DNA of 32,000 nt. Source: Actinomycetota bacterium (lineage in GTDB: Bacteria; Actinomycetota; Nitriliruptoria; Nitriliruptorales; Nitriliruptoraceae). Below the pieces are notes generated by a model that saw only the letters and a list, made by a program, of their open reading frames with translations, was not told where the DNA came from and ran no database searches. The position numbers were made by a program, and so were the translations under genes. Within the stretch, counting starts at the first letter, position 1. Each line of letters starts with the position of its first letter. Shown here in pieces: positions 8,314 through 18,008 of the stretch. The stretch is taken from the NCBI GenBank assembly GCA_019347575.1, contig JAHWKY010000012.1, positions 34,648 to 66,647 on the forward strand, in the 5' to 3' direction.

Positions 8314-9398
8314 GACGGCTCGTAGGGCGGGATGTCGAAGTGTTCGATGACCTTCTCGAGCGTGAACTGCTGGCGCAGCTGGCAGACCGAGTTGGGGACC
8401 GCGAACATGCCCTTCTCCCAGTAGCCGTCGGGCTCGGGCACCGCCTTGATCCACTCGACCCGGACGACGTGTTCGATGGCCTCGGGGTCGTCGAGGTGCT
8501 CATCCAGTCGCGGCGACTTCAGGGGAAGTTGCAGGAGAGGCGTACCGTTCACCTCGAAGTCCGTGATCGGCACAGCACGCTCGCGCACGATGCCGACACC
8601 GACGTACCCGTGACCTGGCGCCAAGACGAACACGCGGTCACCCAGGGCGAGGTTGAACAGCGGCTTGATCCAGCGTGGTCCACCACTCGCCGAGACGAAG
8701 CCGTACTGCCGCCCGTCCTCCCACGCGCGAACCTGGGGCGGCCCGAAGGTCACGTAGTAGTCGTGCCCGTTCCAGGGCGGCCGCCGTCCGGCGACGCGGC
8801 TGCTCTTGACCTCGACCTCGGTGGGATCGATCAGCCACGAGCGTGCCAGGTACTCAGCGCCCGTCTCGACATCGGCGAAGTAGCGGAAGAAGACGGCGTT
8901 CACGGGAACGCCGTACTCCTCGGTCAGGTACGTGACGATCCGTTCCGTGCTGGGGTCCAGCTCGCTCGCGACGATCACGAGGTGGTGTTGCTTGTTGAGG
9001 TTCTCATCGGGCGACTCGCCGAACCGCTCGTCGTAGGCGACCTCGAACTCCAGCCCCCGTCGCGGACCGTTCCGTGCCCAGATGTCGCGGATGTCCTCGT
9101 AGCTGAGGTCCTTCACCCACGAGGCGTAATCGAGGACCTGCGCCACAACGTCGCGGGGCGTCCGATCACGCTTGAGCTCGATGACGTGCAGGTCACCATC
9201 CGCATCGATGGCCAGTACATCGATGTACCCGCCGGCCGCCGTCGGGATCTGGCGACCCACGACCATGACACCGAGCCCCAGGATGTCGATGTCGTAGACG
9301 AGCAGATCCTCAAGGCGCTTCTCATCGGGCATCGACGTCGCGGCCAGGGATGTCGCCTTGTCCCCCAGTAGACGCCATACGCCGAACTCGACCGGCAT
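8310..9398 (-). CDS. NucS/DUF91-like PD-(D/E)XK nuclease fused to a C-terminal domain of unknown type (possibly PUA/EVE-like)
   Basis: The nuclease core is GGYIDVLAIDADGDLHVIELKRD followed by VVAQVLDYASW, paralogous to the 2607-3506 product. The C-terminal half (GFVSASGGPRWIKPLFNLALGDRVFVLAPGHGYVGVGIV...VRVEW) has the sequence flow of EVE/ASCH-like domains. That part is inference only. Confidence 0.65.
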   Translation of the reverse strand: MPVEFGVWRLLGDKATSLAATSMPDEKRLEDLLVYDIDILGLGVMVVGRQIPTAAGGYIDVLAIDADGDLHVIELKRDRTPRDVVAQVLDYASWVKDLSYEDIRDIWARNGPRRGLEFEVAYDERFGESPDENLNKQHHLVIVASELDPSTERIVTYLTEEYGVPVNAVFFRYFADVETGAEYLARSWLIDPTEVEVKSSRVAGRRPPWNGHDYYVTFGPPQVRAWEDGRQYGFVSASGGPRWIKPLFNLALGDRVFVLAPGHGYVGVGIVRERAVPITDFEVNGTPLLQLPLKSPRLDEHLDDPEAIEHVVRVEWIKAVPEPDGYWEKGMFAVPNSVCQLRQQFTLEKVIEHFDIPPYEPS

Positions 9399-9549
9399 GG
9401 GTGCCCTCCGTCTTCGTTAGGCACATCTTGCCTGTTACGGCCGTCCTCAGCGACCGAAGACGCCGACGAGATGGCCGGACGTGACCGCGTGGACGCGGAG
9501 AGCCGGGTCTTCCGTCACGCGTCGGCGTGCGGCCGCGCTCCTACACAGG

Positions 9550-10308
9550 TCATTGACTGACACGACCGGGCACGTCGTGCGGTGGCCACTCACCATCATC
9601 GGAGAGAGGCAAGCGGGCTAGTTCTGACCGGCGTCGCCGCCAGTCAGGCATCGCGGCGGTCAAGAGGCGCTCGAAGCGCTCGGTGTGGCCTGGCTCCACC
9701 AGATGCAGCATCTCATGAAGGATCACATACTCGAGGCACGGACGAGGCTTCTGCGCAAGCTGGAGGTTGAGCCAGATCCTCCTGGCCTCCGGGTTGCAGG
9801 TCCCCCACTTCGTTCGCATGCGACGGACGCGCCACTCGACCTGTGCGACGTCGAGCTGCTCTTCCCACTTGTTGACCAGAGCTGGCACAGCGACTTTCAA
9901 CTCGCGACGTCGCCACTCCTCCAAGATCATCGCGCGCTCATCGCGGTCTGCTGCGGTCGGGACCGTCAAGAGCAAGATTCCACGACCGGCGATCTCGACC
10001 CCCGACGTCTTCCCACCCGAGACGACCCTCAGCCGGTGTCGCTTTCCCCATACATAGTGACTCTCGCCTGTGACCATCTCCCGAACTGATTGCCGAGGCT
10101 GGGCGAGCAGCTCATCGCGCTGGTCTCGGATCCACTTCAGCCGGTCCACGACAGCCATCCGCACCGCGTCCTCGTCCATGTGCTCGGGTGCGGAAACACG
10201 GATCAGACCATCCGGTGGGTAGACCGCGATGTGCAGGTTCTCGATCTGCTTGCGGACCACGTGAACGGTGAGGTCGCTCACCGTGATGGTTAACCGCTCA
10301 GTACTCAT
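9550..10308 (-). CDS. DUF45 / M48-family (YgjP/SprT-like) zinc metallopeptidase
   Basis: HEMLH (HExxH) lies in ..EYVILHEMLHLVEPGHTERF.. ATG 10308 overlaps the hsdR stop by 11 nt. The annotated 10365 start would lie inside hsdR. Confidence 0.8.
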   Translation of the reverse strand: MSTERLTITVSDLTVHVVRKQIENLHIAVYPPDGLIRVSAPEHMDEDAVRMAVVDRLKWIRDQRDELLAQPRQSVREMVTGESHYVWGKRHRLRVVSGGKTSGVEIAGRGILLLTVPTAADRDERAMILEEWRRRELKVAVPALVNKWEEQLDVAQVEWRVRRMRTKWGTCNPEARRIWLNLQLAQKPRPCLEYVILHEMLHLVEPGHTERFERLLTAAMPDWRRRRSELARLPLSDDGEWPPHDVPGRVSQ

Positions 10309-13300
10309 CCTGGGCCTTGATGATCTCGAACAGCTCTTCGGTGTTGTACTGGGCACGCTGCTCACTGCTTAGGACTGCATCGAGCGCCCTGTGGATCTCA
10401 CGCTGCTTCATGACGCTGCTCCGCCAGCCATCGCGCTTTGTACCGCGCACGGCTTCATCGATCGCCAGGGCCAGCTGCTCGTTGCTGTCGAGGTTGTCGT
10501 ACAAGGCCCGCCTTGCAGGGCTGTCGATCGGCGCCGGATAGGAAGCGCCCCCTGGTCGAGTGACCTGGCCTGCGATTTTCTCCAGCTCCTTGAGGTACTG
10601 CCGGTAGTCGAACGCACGGCGACGGCGCTCTTCGATGACGTTGTCAAGCAGGACAGACATCCGGTCGTAGTACTTCGGATTGACAGGCCGCTCGTCAACG
10701 ATGACCCGTCTGACGTTGTTGACGATCGTTTCAGCGGAGAGGTCATCGTCGTCGCGGATGCCCTCGGGCAAGGATGCGATTGCGCCGGCCGCGCCACGCT
10801 CGACGATCAGCTGCACGAGGCCCTGCTCATCGAAGTCGGACAGGACCTGCGAGTCCTCGGCCTCGATGTAGCTGTCGAGCAGGTGCCGCATGTCGGGCTC
10901 GTAGACCTTGAGGTCGACATAGTCGCCGCTGGCGAGCTTGACCTCACGGCGGACGTTCTCGTAGTGCTTGACCTCCGCGGCTATCTCTGCCGCTTCCTGT
11001 CCGCTGTAACCGGCCTCGTCCATCTCGTTGGCCAGGTCCGCGTAGGCGCGGACGAACGCCCCCACGTGCTTGTAGAGCTTGAGTCGCTTGGGTTCGTTGG
11101 CCTTCAGCTGCTGCGCGTTGCCACTGTCTTCCGCGCAGAAGTAGTGCAAGTAGTCGCTGGTCGACGGCTGTTGACCGATAGGCTCACAGAGGGCCTTCAC
11201 GATCTCGCGTGTCTCGTCGAGTCGTTCTCGGGCCTGGTCGAGCCGGTTCTTGATGAGCCCGGCGACGTCCTCGTGGTCGTAGTCCTCGAAGGCTCCGGAC
11301 GTGTAGACGTGGACGGCAGACTCCAGGGACTTGAACAGGTCCTGGTAGTCGATGATGCAGCCGTACTCCTTGTCTTCACCGTCCAGTCGGTTGACGCGGC
11401 AGATGGCCTGAAACAGGCCGTGGTCGGCCATCGGCTTGTCGATGTACAGGTAGGTCGCTGCCGGCGCGTCGAAGCCAGTGAGGAGCTTGTCGACAACGAT
11501 CAGCAGCTTCATCTGGCCGGGCTGTTCGATGAACTTCTGCTTGACCTCGTCCTCGAAGTCCTCGACGCGACCGACCGCATCGTCTTCGCTGATGTCGAAG
11601 TAGTCGGCGACCATCTTGCGATAGGTGGCGTACTTCTCCAGCGCTTCGGTCTCGCCTTCGCCGGTCTCCTCACCCTTGATCGTGTCGGCGGTCGGTCGGT
11701 AGCTCGTGACGATCGCGCACTTGTGCTTCAGCGATGTGCGACTGAACGCCTCGTAGAACTTGCAGGCTTCGTAGATGGAGGAGCAGACCAGCAGCGCGTT
11801 CCCGCGGTCGTTCATCAGCCGGTCGCGGGTGGCCATGTCGAACATGATGTCCGCGACGATCTTGTCGAGGCGCGACTGGGCGGTCAGCACCTTCTGCAGC
11901 GTCCCCCACCGGCGCTTGAGGTCAGCCTTGGCGAGGTCAGACAACCCCTTGGTCTTGGCCTCGAACCAAGCGTCGATCTTGCCCGGCGAGGTGATCCGCT
12001 GGTCGATGTCGCGTGCTTCGTAGCGAAGGTCGAGGATGACGCCGTCCTCTACGGCTTCATCGAACTTGTAGGTGTGGATGTAGGAGCCGAACACCTCGAT
12101 GCTGCGCGCCTTGTCGTCCTTCAGCAGCGGGGTGCCGGTGAACCCGATGAACGTCGCCCCGGGCAGCAGTTCACGCATGTCGGCGTGCAGCTTGCCGGAC
12201 TGGGTGCGGTGGCACTCGTCGACGAACACGAACAGGTTCCCGCGGGCCTCGAACCCAGAAGCGATCGCACGCTCGACAGCTTTGGCGTAGTCGGCTTCGT
12301 CACCGGTGCCGACGCCGAATTTGTGCACGAGGGTGCACAGCAGCCAGTTGGCGCCATCACGTAGCTGTTTGATGAGGTCGGCACCGCTGGCGGTGCGGTA
12401 GATCTGCTCGTCGACGCCGTAGAACACCTTCTCGATCTGCTCGTCGAGCTCTTCGCGGTCGGTGACGATCAGCACGCGGGCGTCTTCGACGTTCTCCCGG
12501 ATCCACTTGGCGAGCCACACCATGCTCAGGCTCTTCCCGGAGCCCTGGGTGTGCCACAAGATCCCGCCTTCGCGGTCCTTGACGCGCTGCTGGCCGGCCT
12601 TGACGCCGAAGTACTGGTTGTGCCGAGCGATCTTCTTGGTGCCAGCGTCGAACACGATGAAGTCGTGGATCAGTTCGAGCAGCCGCGCCTGGTTGCAGAG
12701 GACAAGGGCCGCGTCCAGCGGGCTGGCGAGCTCTGACGGTTCTTTCCACTCGAGCCAGTACTTCTGCGGTGTCTCGATGACGGAGTAGCGCAGCCCTTCG
12801 GTGTCGTTGCCGGCCATGACTAGCTGGACGGTGGAGAAGAACGGCTGGATGAACTCCGGCTTCTGGTTGTCGAGCATCTGCCGGACGCCCTCGGTGACCG
12901 ACACGGTCGAGCGCTTCAGTTCGAGCACAGCGACGGCGATCCCGTTGACGTACAGCACGATGTCGGGGCGCTTGTCGTGCTTGCCGGCGACGGTGACCTC
13001 TTCGGCGAGAGCGAAGTCGTTGTTCTCAGGATCGTCCCACTCGATGAAGTTGAGGTGCTGGGCTTGCTTGCCAGCTTCGACCTGGGCGTCGTGCCCGTAG
13101 CGCAGGAGGAAGTAGACGTCGCGGTTCGCGTCGTACAAGCTGCGGCCACCGCCTACTGCCTTCGCTCGACGCAGCGCCTGGAGAGCCTGGTTGATCAGCC
13201 CGTCTTCGTAGCCCTGGCGCCGGAGCCAATCGGTGAGCCGCGGTTCGATGACGTTGCTGTTGTCGTCGGCGTCCTTGAGGTTGCCGAGGTAGGTGTAGTC

Positions 13301-13369
13301 GAGATCGTCGCCGAGCAGTTCGACGACCCGGTTCTGTACGCGGCGTTCGTGTTGGCCAACGTCGCTCAT
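10298..13369 (-). CDS. hsdR: Type I restriction enzyme R subunit
   Basis: N-terminal nuclease motif PDIVLYVNGIAVAVLELKR, helicase motif I TQGSGKS and motif II FVDECH. The product is 1023 aa. There is an ATGA overlap with hsdS. Confidence 0.95.
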   Translation of the reverse strand: MSDVGQHERRVQNRVVELLGDDLDYTYLGNLKDADDNSNVIEPRLTDWLRRQGYEDGLINQALQALRRAKAVGGGRSLYDANRDVYFLLRYGHDAQVEAGKQAQHLNFIEWDDPENNDFALAEEVTVAGKHDKRPDIVLYVNGIAVAVLELKRSTVSVTEGVRQMLDNQKPEFIQPFFSTVQLVMAGNDTEGLRYSVIETPQKYWLEWKEPSELASPLDAALVLCNQARLLELIHDFIVFDAGTKKIARHNQYFGVKAGQQRVKDREGGILWHTQGSGKSLSMVWLAKWIRENVEDARVLIVTDREELDEQIEKVFYGVDEQIYRTASGADLIKQLRDGANWLLCTLVHKFGVGTGDEADYAKAVERAIASGFEARGNLFVFVDECHRTQSGKLHADMRELLPGATFIGFTGTPLLKDDKARSIEVFGSYIHTYKFDEAVEDGVILDLRYEARDIDQRITSPGKIDAWFEAKTKGLSDLAKADLKRRWGTLQKVLTAQSRLDKIVADIMFDMATRDRLMNDRGNALLVCSSIYEACKFYEAFSRTSLKHKCAIVTSYRPTADTIKGEETGEGETEALEKYATYRKMVADYFDISEDDAVGRVEDFEDEVKQKFIEQPGQMKLLIVVDKLLTGFDAPAATYLYIDKPMADHGLFQAICRVNRLDGEDKEYGCIIDYQDLFKSLESAVHVYTSGAFEDYDHEDVAGLIKNRLDQARERLDETREIVKALCEPIGQQPSTSDYLHYFCAEDSGNAQQLKANEPKRLKLYKHVGAFVRAYADLANEMDEAGYSGQEAAEIAAEVKHYENVRREVKLASGDYVDLKVYEPDMRHLLDSYIEAEDSQVLSDFDEQGLVQLIVERGAAGAIASLPEGIRDDDDLSAETIVNNVRRVIVDERPVNPKYYDRMSVLLDNVIEERRRRAFDYRQYLKELEKIAGQVTRPGGASYPAPIDSPARRALYDNLDSNEQLALAIDEAVRGTKRDGWRSSVMKQREIHRALDAVLSSEQRAQYNTEELFEIIKAQDEY

Positions 13370-14589
13370 GCTGCTCCCTCCTCGGCCGCTAGGCGTGTGC
13401 GTCCGGTGAGGAGCTCCCGGATCATCCCTTGCTTCACGGCACGCGTCTTCTCAAGCCTCCCCCGAAGCGCCGTGATCTCATCATCCATGTCCGCGAGGAT
13501 CTCGGTGATTGCCCGCTGCTCAGCCAGCTCAGGTACGCGTAGGGCCATCACCTTGAGGTCTGATGTGCCGACCTCGTCGAAGGTCGAGCCTGACCCTAAG
13601 GCCTCGATGTCCCGGCGCCGTTGCGTCAGCAAGAAATAGACGAACGTGGGGTCTACATCCGAGCCGCAGACGAGAGACTTGAACCCCTGGTTCGTGGCGA
13701 TCGGTTGCTTCGCGAGTTTCAACTCTCCGATGGTGGCACGGGTGCAAAGGAGCAGCGCGCCCTCGGGCAGTAGACGGGCAGATGAAGCCTTCAGGCCCTT
13801 CTTGGTGATGGTTCGAGACGTAGCATCTAGGTACCGGCCATGCCCGGCTGTGATGTCAGTCGGCGTACACCACGGGATGTCACCGTCCCAGTAGGCCGCG
13901 ACACCCGTGTCCGGTGTTCCTCCGGGAACGACGTCGCATAGGTCCCGGAGGGGACGTTCACGCCAGTCCTGGCCAAACGAGGGGAGGCGCAGTGCTTCCG
14001 TCAGGAGCAACTGGCGCGTCGCTGTTAAGACCCCCTGCTTCTTGTCGATGAGGCGTTCGAGCGACTCGATCAGGTCGTCGGTATCTCCAAGAGCTCCCAC
14101 GATCCGCGCCTGCTCCGTTCGGGGCGGGGCCGGTAGCGGCACACGCTCGAACTTCTCCTTCGGCAGGTGAGCGATGCTGGTGCGGGCTGTGAACTCGTCG
14201 AGATGGTCGGTGTCCTGCCAGAAACTGAGGTAGTACATGAGCAGTTCGGGGCGATAGGAGCCTCTGCTGCGCAGACGGTGGATCGCCTTCTGGAAGTAGC
14301 ACTCATCCAGAGACGCATCCCAAATCGCGGCGCGTCCGACCTCACCTCCCTCACAGACCAGAAGGTCTCCAGGCTGGAGTCGGTAACGGGCCACGTCGTT
14401 CGCCGTGAAAGGTGCAGTTGATACCGCATCGAGGTCGATGCGGCCCCACTGGACTGCTGCGTTACCCACGTATGGTTTGTCGGTCCCGGTGCTGCGCGCG
14501 GCGTCGAGCATCTTCCCGAGTTCGAGAGTGAACTCCTCGCCGACTGTGCTCATGGTCCAGTCTGATGGAAGGTCTGTCTGGCCACTCAC
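13366..14589 (-). CDS. hsdS: Type I R-M specificity subunit with two target-recognition domains
   Basis: 407 aa with two TRD-like halves, each followed by a conserved helical spacer (..LPAPPRTEQARIV.., ..VPELAEQRAITEIL..). GTGA overlap with hsdM and ATGA overlap with hsdR. Confidence 0.9.
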   Translation of the reverse strand: MSGQTDLPSDWTMSTVGEEFTLELGKMLDAARSTGTDKPYVGNAAVQWGRIDLDAVSTAPFTANDVARYRLQPGDLLVCEGGEVGRAAIWDASLDECYFQKAIHRLRSRGSYRPELLMYYLSFWQDTDHLDEFTARTSIAHLPKEKFERVPLPAPPRTEQARIVGALGDTDDLIESLERLIDKKQGVLTATRQLLLTEALRLPSFGQDWRERPLRDLCDVVPGGTPDTGVAAYWDGDIPWCTPTDITAGHGRYLDATSRTITKKGLKASSARLLPEGALLLCTRATIGELKLAKQPIATNQGFKSLVCGSDVDPTFVYFLLTQRRRDIEALGSGSTFDEVGTSDLKVMALRVPELAEQRAITEILADMDDEITALRGRLEKTRAVKQGMIRELLTGRTRLAAEEGAA

Positions 14590-17129
14590 ACTGGCACCTC
14601 CACGCCCATCGCTTCGAGGTGCTTGGCGACACGCGCCGAGAGGTCCTCTGTCTCCGCGACGAGCTCAGGAAGCGTGGTGTCGTAGCGCTGCACGAGCTGC
14701 GCGATACGACCGGCCAGGCGAGACACAACACCGTCGATCTCCCTCGACAGCGCCGAACGGAGCGACGAGATCCACTTATCGTCCACGGTCAACCCGCGGA
14801 CCGCCGACTCGTCGAGCTCCTCGTACTTGCCCATCGCTGCCTTGATGAGGTCCGTCTCGGTCTCTCGGAGCGCAGCCTTCTCGGACGTCGCCCCGTCACT
14901 CAGCGCGAGCAACCGGTGCAGAATGTCTAGCTCGGCGAAGTAGCCCTCAGGGTCCTCGACACCGGCCTCCCACGTTCGCGTGCCGAACTTGGTCTTGGCG
15001 ATGCCTTTCGCCTGCTCGTATTCAAGGCTGTCGTCCGGGAACGCGTCGAGGATCAGATCCTTCAGCTCAGCCACGCGGTCCTGAGCGTTGCCTTTCGTCA
15101 CCCCGTTCGAGCCCTCGAGGCCGTCCAGAGCACCGCCTTCGACAGCGTGCTCCTCCTCGAACTCCGCGAGTTCAGCCTCCGCCGTTGCGACCGCTGCCGA
15201 CAGTTCGTCGAGCTGCTCCTGACGGTCAGGGAAGTAGCGGCCGATCAGCAGGCTGGGCGGCAGGAGATCAGCGACGTACTGGACCTTCTTCCGGCCCTTC
15301 TTGATCGCGAAGTCCGCGGCCTCCCTATCGCGCGCCTCCCTGAGCGAACGACCGACCTCCCAGCCCTCGGACACGATGAGGTAGACGTCGTCCTGCATGT
15401 CCGCGTCCCAGAAGTCCATGAACCGCTGGTAGACGTCGTAGCGGCTGACCAGAGGCACGTCGGCGAACCGGTCGAGCAGATCCTCAGCCAGCTCGATCCG
15501 CAACTCCTTCGGCGAGGTGTCCTCATCGATAGACCTGAGCTTCTCACGGTGGGCGTCAGCCCACTGCTCGAACCTCTGGCGGACCTCGGCGGCGAACGCT
15601 TCGAACTGCGGGTGGGACTCCACGGTCTCGCGGACGTGGTCCGCTTCGACGGCGGGTTGCACGTAGCCGTCTCGGCCGGCCGGCTCAAACAGCACCGTCC
15701 GCAGGTCGGGCATGACCTGCCAGTAATGCTCGAGTTCGTCGACGTCGCGGCGGGGGATCCCACCATGCAGGTGGGCGGTCAGGTCGTGGATGTCCTCGCG
15801 GTCGCTGGAGTCGATGTAGCGGGAGATGTTGAGGTTGAAGGCGTTCGCGTCGCTGGCTATCTCCTCGAGCGGTACGAGCCGGGAGTACCCGTCGATGTCC
15901 CGCTGGGTGCGGAAGACGTCGACGATCCTGTGGATGTCCTGCTCACGCAGCCGGTTCTTGTTGCCGTCCCTGATGTACCCGCGGCTGGCATCAATCAGGA
16001 ACACGCCGTGGCGCGTGCCGGCTTCCTTCTTGTCGACCACGACGATGCACGCGGGGATACCAGTTCCGTAGAACAGGTTGGCGGGCAGGCCGATCACGCC
16101 CTTGATCAGGCCGCGCTGCAGCAGGTTGCGGCGAATCACTGCTTCGGCGTTACCGCGGAACAGCACACCGTGGGGTAGGACGACCGCACCGGTGCCAGTG
16201 CTCTTCAGCGACTTGATGACATGAAGGAGAAAGGCATAGTCGCCGTTGCGGGTTGGCGGGACGCCGTACTCGAACCGGTTGAAGTCGTCGTTCTTCGGGT
16301 CGATGCCGTTCGACCAGGACTTCGTCGAGAACGGCGGATTGGCGACGACAAAGTTGAACGTCTTCAGTCGGCCCTTCTCGATGAACTCCGGCGCGGCAAG
16401 GGTGTTGCCTCGAGCAATGTCGTGGGTCGGCTGGCCGTGCAGGAACATGTTCATCCTCGCCAGGGCCCAAGTCGCGTTGTCAATCTCCTGTCCATACACG
16501 GTGACGTTGCCGCCAGCCTCATCGGCCGCCTTCAGCAACAGCGAGCCAGAGCCAGCGGTGGGGTCGTAAACGGTCTCGTCACGCGTGGTGTGCGGTCCGA
16601 TGCCAATAACCTGGGCGATGATCCGGGACACCTCGGCAGGGGTGTAGAACTGGCCCTTACTCTTTCCGGCCTCGCTGGCAAAGTGCCGCATGAGGTACTC
16701 ATAGGCGTCGCCGAGTAGGTCGTCGCCGGCGGCGAGGTTGTCGCTGAAGTCGAGCCGACGGTGGAAGATGTTAACTAGGGCAGACAGCCGGTCGACCTTG
16801 TCCTTGCCGCTGCCGAGCTTGGCGGAGTCGTTGAAGTCGGCCAGGTCGATGACGCCCTGCAGATCATTGGCCTCGGCCAGCCGACCGATCGCCTTGTTGA
16901 TCTTGTCGCCGATCTCCTTGTCGCCCACCAGGCTGTGGATGTAGTCGAACGAGCCCATTTCGGGCACGACGATGAGGCTGTGTGGGTCGGCGGCATGCTT
17001 GTCGGAGACGTACTTCACGAACAGCAGCGTGAGGACGTAGTCCTTGTACTGGGAGGCGTCCATGCCGCCACGGAGCTCGTCGCAGCTGTCCCAAATCGAC
17101 CGGTACAGATCGGACTTCTTGATTGCCAT
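14586..17129 (-). CDS. hsdM: Type I R-M N6-adenine DNA methyltransferase subunit with a long C-terminal extension
   Basis: N-terminal HsdM-type region, AdoMet motif VYDPTAGSGSLL and catalytic motif VVANPPFS. At 847 aa it has a helical extension of roughly 300 aa or more beyond the methylase core. Confidence 0.9.
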   Translation of the reverse strand: MAIKKSDLYRSIWDSCDELRGGMDASQYKDYVLTLLFVKYVSDKHAADPHSLIVVPEMGSFDYIHSLVGDKEIGDKINKAIGRLAEANDLQGVIDLADFNDSAKLGSGKDKVDRLSALVNIFHRRLDFSDNLAAGDDLLGDAYEYLMRHFASEAGKSKGQFYTPAEVSRIIAQVIGIGPHTTRDETVYDPTAGSGSLLLKAADEAGGNVTVYGQEIDNATWALARMNMFLHGQPTHDIARGNTLAAPEFIEKGRLKTFNFVVANPPFSTKSWSNGIDPKNDDFNRFEYGVPPTRNGDYAFLLHVIKSLKSTGTGAVVLPHGVLFRGNAEAVIRRNLLQRGLIKGVIGLPANLFYGTGIPACIVVVDKKEAGTRHGVFLIDASRGYIRDGNKNRLREQDIHRIVDVFRTQRDIDGYSRLVPLEEIASDANAFNLNISRYIDSSDREDIHDLTAHLHGGIPRRDVDELEHYWQVMPDLRTVLFEPAGRDGYVQPAVEADHVRETVESHPQFEAFAAEVRQRFEQWADAHREKLRSIDEDTSPKELRIELAEDLLDRFADVPLVSRYDVYQRFMDFWDADMQDDVYLIVSEGWEVGRSLREARDREAADFAIKKGRKKVQYVADLLPPSLLIGRYFPDRQEQLDELSAAVATAEAELAEFEEEHAVEGGALDGLEGSNGVTKGNAQDRVAELKDLILDAFPDDSLEYEQAKGIAKTKFGTRTWEAGVEDPEGYFAELDILHRLLALSDGATSEKAALRETETDLIKAAMGKYEELDESAVRGLTVDDKWISSLRSALSREIDGVVSRLAGRIAQLVQRYDTTLPELVAETEDLSARVAKHLEAMGVEVPV

Positions 17130-17372
17130 CTAGTGCACCCCCGCGATGTCAACTGGGCGATTGCGTACAAACGGGCCAATAGGCGTTACAGTCCTCGCAT
17201 CCCACCGCAGCGTGTCGCCGCTGGCGATGCGCAGGTTCACCCGGTCCCGAATTCGTTAGCCACTCGCGCGAGAAGCAGGTACCAGCGCTCCCGACCGTAG
17301 GTGGTAGCCGCAAGGCGCGGTCCCTGACGCCGGAAGTGCTCTCAGGTGCGCGTGACGCAAGTGCGAAGGTCA

Positions 17373-18008
17373 TCACCGGGGCTTCCTCCGTCCGGCTGCC
17401 GTTGTCGATGTCGGCCTCTGGATGGATCGGGATGAGCCCGGATCCGGATCGTCGACCACGGCAAGGTCAATCTCGAGCGCTCGCAGTTCGTTGACCTCAT
17501 CGGCCAGCTGTCTCAACTCGCGGTGGACACGATCAAGCTCCGACACAGCATCGTTCGTCTGATCCTGGTGGTCGAGGGAGGGCACCGGGACCTGCAACTG
17601 TGCGACGTCCCGAGCTGCAATCCGCGGTATCCCCGATCCGCTAGATCGGACCTCTACCTGACCCTGGAAGTACGACGATCGGGCCCACACGCCTAGCCAG
17701 CCAGGCGTGACCGGTCCTCCGGCGAGCGCACGCAGGACCACGCAGTCGCTACCGACCACCGCGCCGCGAAGTTCCTCGTCGACCACCCGTGCAGCCCCAG
17801 GTCTGAACGAGACCGCGAGAACAACGTCTCCAGGTTCGAGATCGTACGCCCAGCGCGCCTCGGGTTCGGGAAGGTACTGGGCCGGTGCGTCGTTGTCCGC
17901 GAGTGCCTTGGCGTTCAAGAACCTTGTCCCCGTGTCCGCCAGGTGGTCGTAATCGATCCGAACGCCGCGAGTGATGTCCGCCACGGACTGGAGCGGGACG
18001 CGTCTCAT
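17373..18008 (-). CDS. Half-size (single TRD) type I-like specificity subunit
   Basis: One TRD (LQSVADITRGVRI...) followed by the conserved VPVPSLDHQDQ...ELRQLADEVNELR helix. ATGA overlap with the upstream methyltransferase. Confidence 0.7.
   Translation of the reverse strand: MRRVPLQSVADITRGVRIDYDHLADTGTRFLNAKALADNDAPAQYLPEPEARWAYDLEPGDVVLAVSFRPGAARVVDEELRGAVVGSDCVVLRALAGGPVTPGWLGVWARSSYFQGQVEVRSSGSGIPRIAARDVAQLQVPVPSLDHQDQTNDAVSELDRVHRELRQLADEVNELRALEIDLAVVDDPDPGSSRSIQRPTSTTAAGRRKPR

Noticed and set aside
8340-9371. 343-aa plus-strand ORF opposite the NucS-like nuclease gene
   Set aside because: It is the antisense shadow of a gene with a clear PD-(D/E)XK motif, and its composition is low-complexity (V/D/L/R/G).
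10391-12364. 657-aa plus-strand ORF covering much of the hsdR region
   Set aside because: It is antisense to a motif-rich HsdR gene. Its product is V/L/D/G/R-rich with no motifs. It is a typical shadow ORF in high-GC DNA.
15147-16178. 343-aa plus-strand ORF inside hsdM
   Set aside because: It is antisense to the NPPF-containing methyltransferase gene and has no motifs.
17130-17372. 75-aa minus-strand ORF (17149-17376) between the half-S gene and hsdM
   Set aside because: It has no protein-like features or RBS. The spacer more likely holds the hsdM promoter. I found no convincing hairpin or operator in it.
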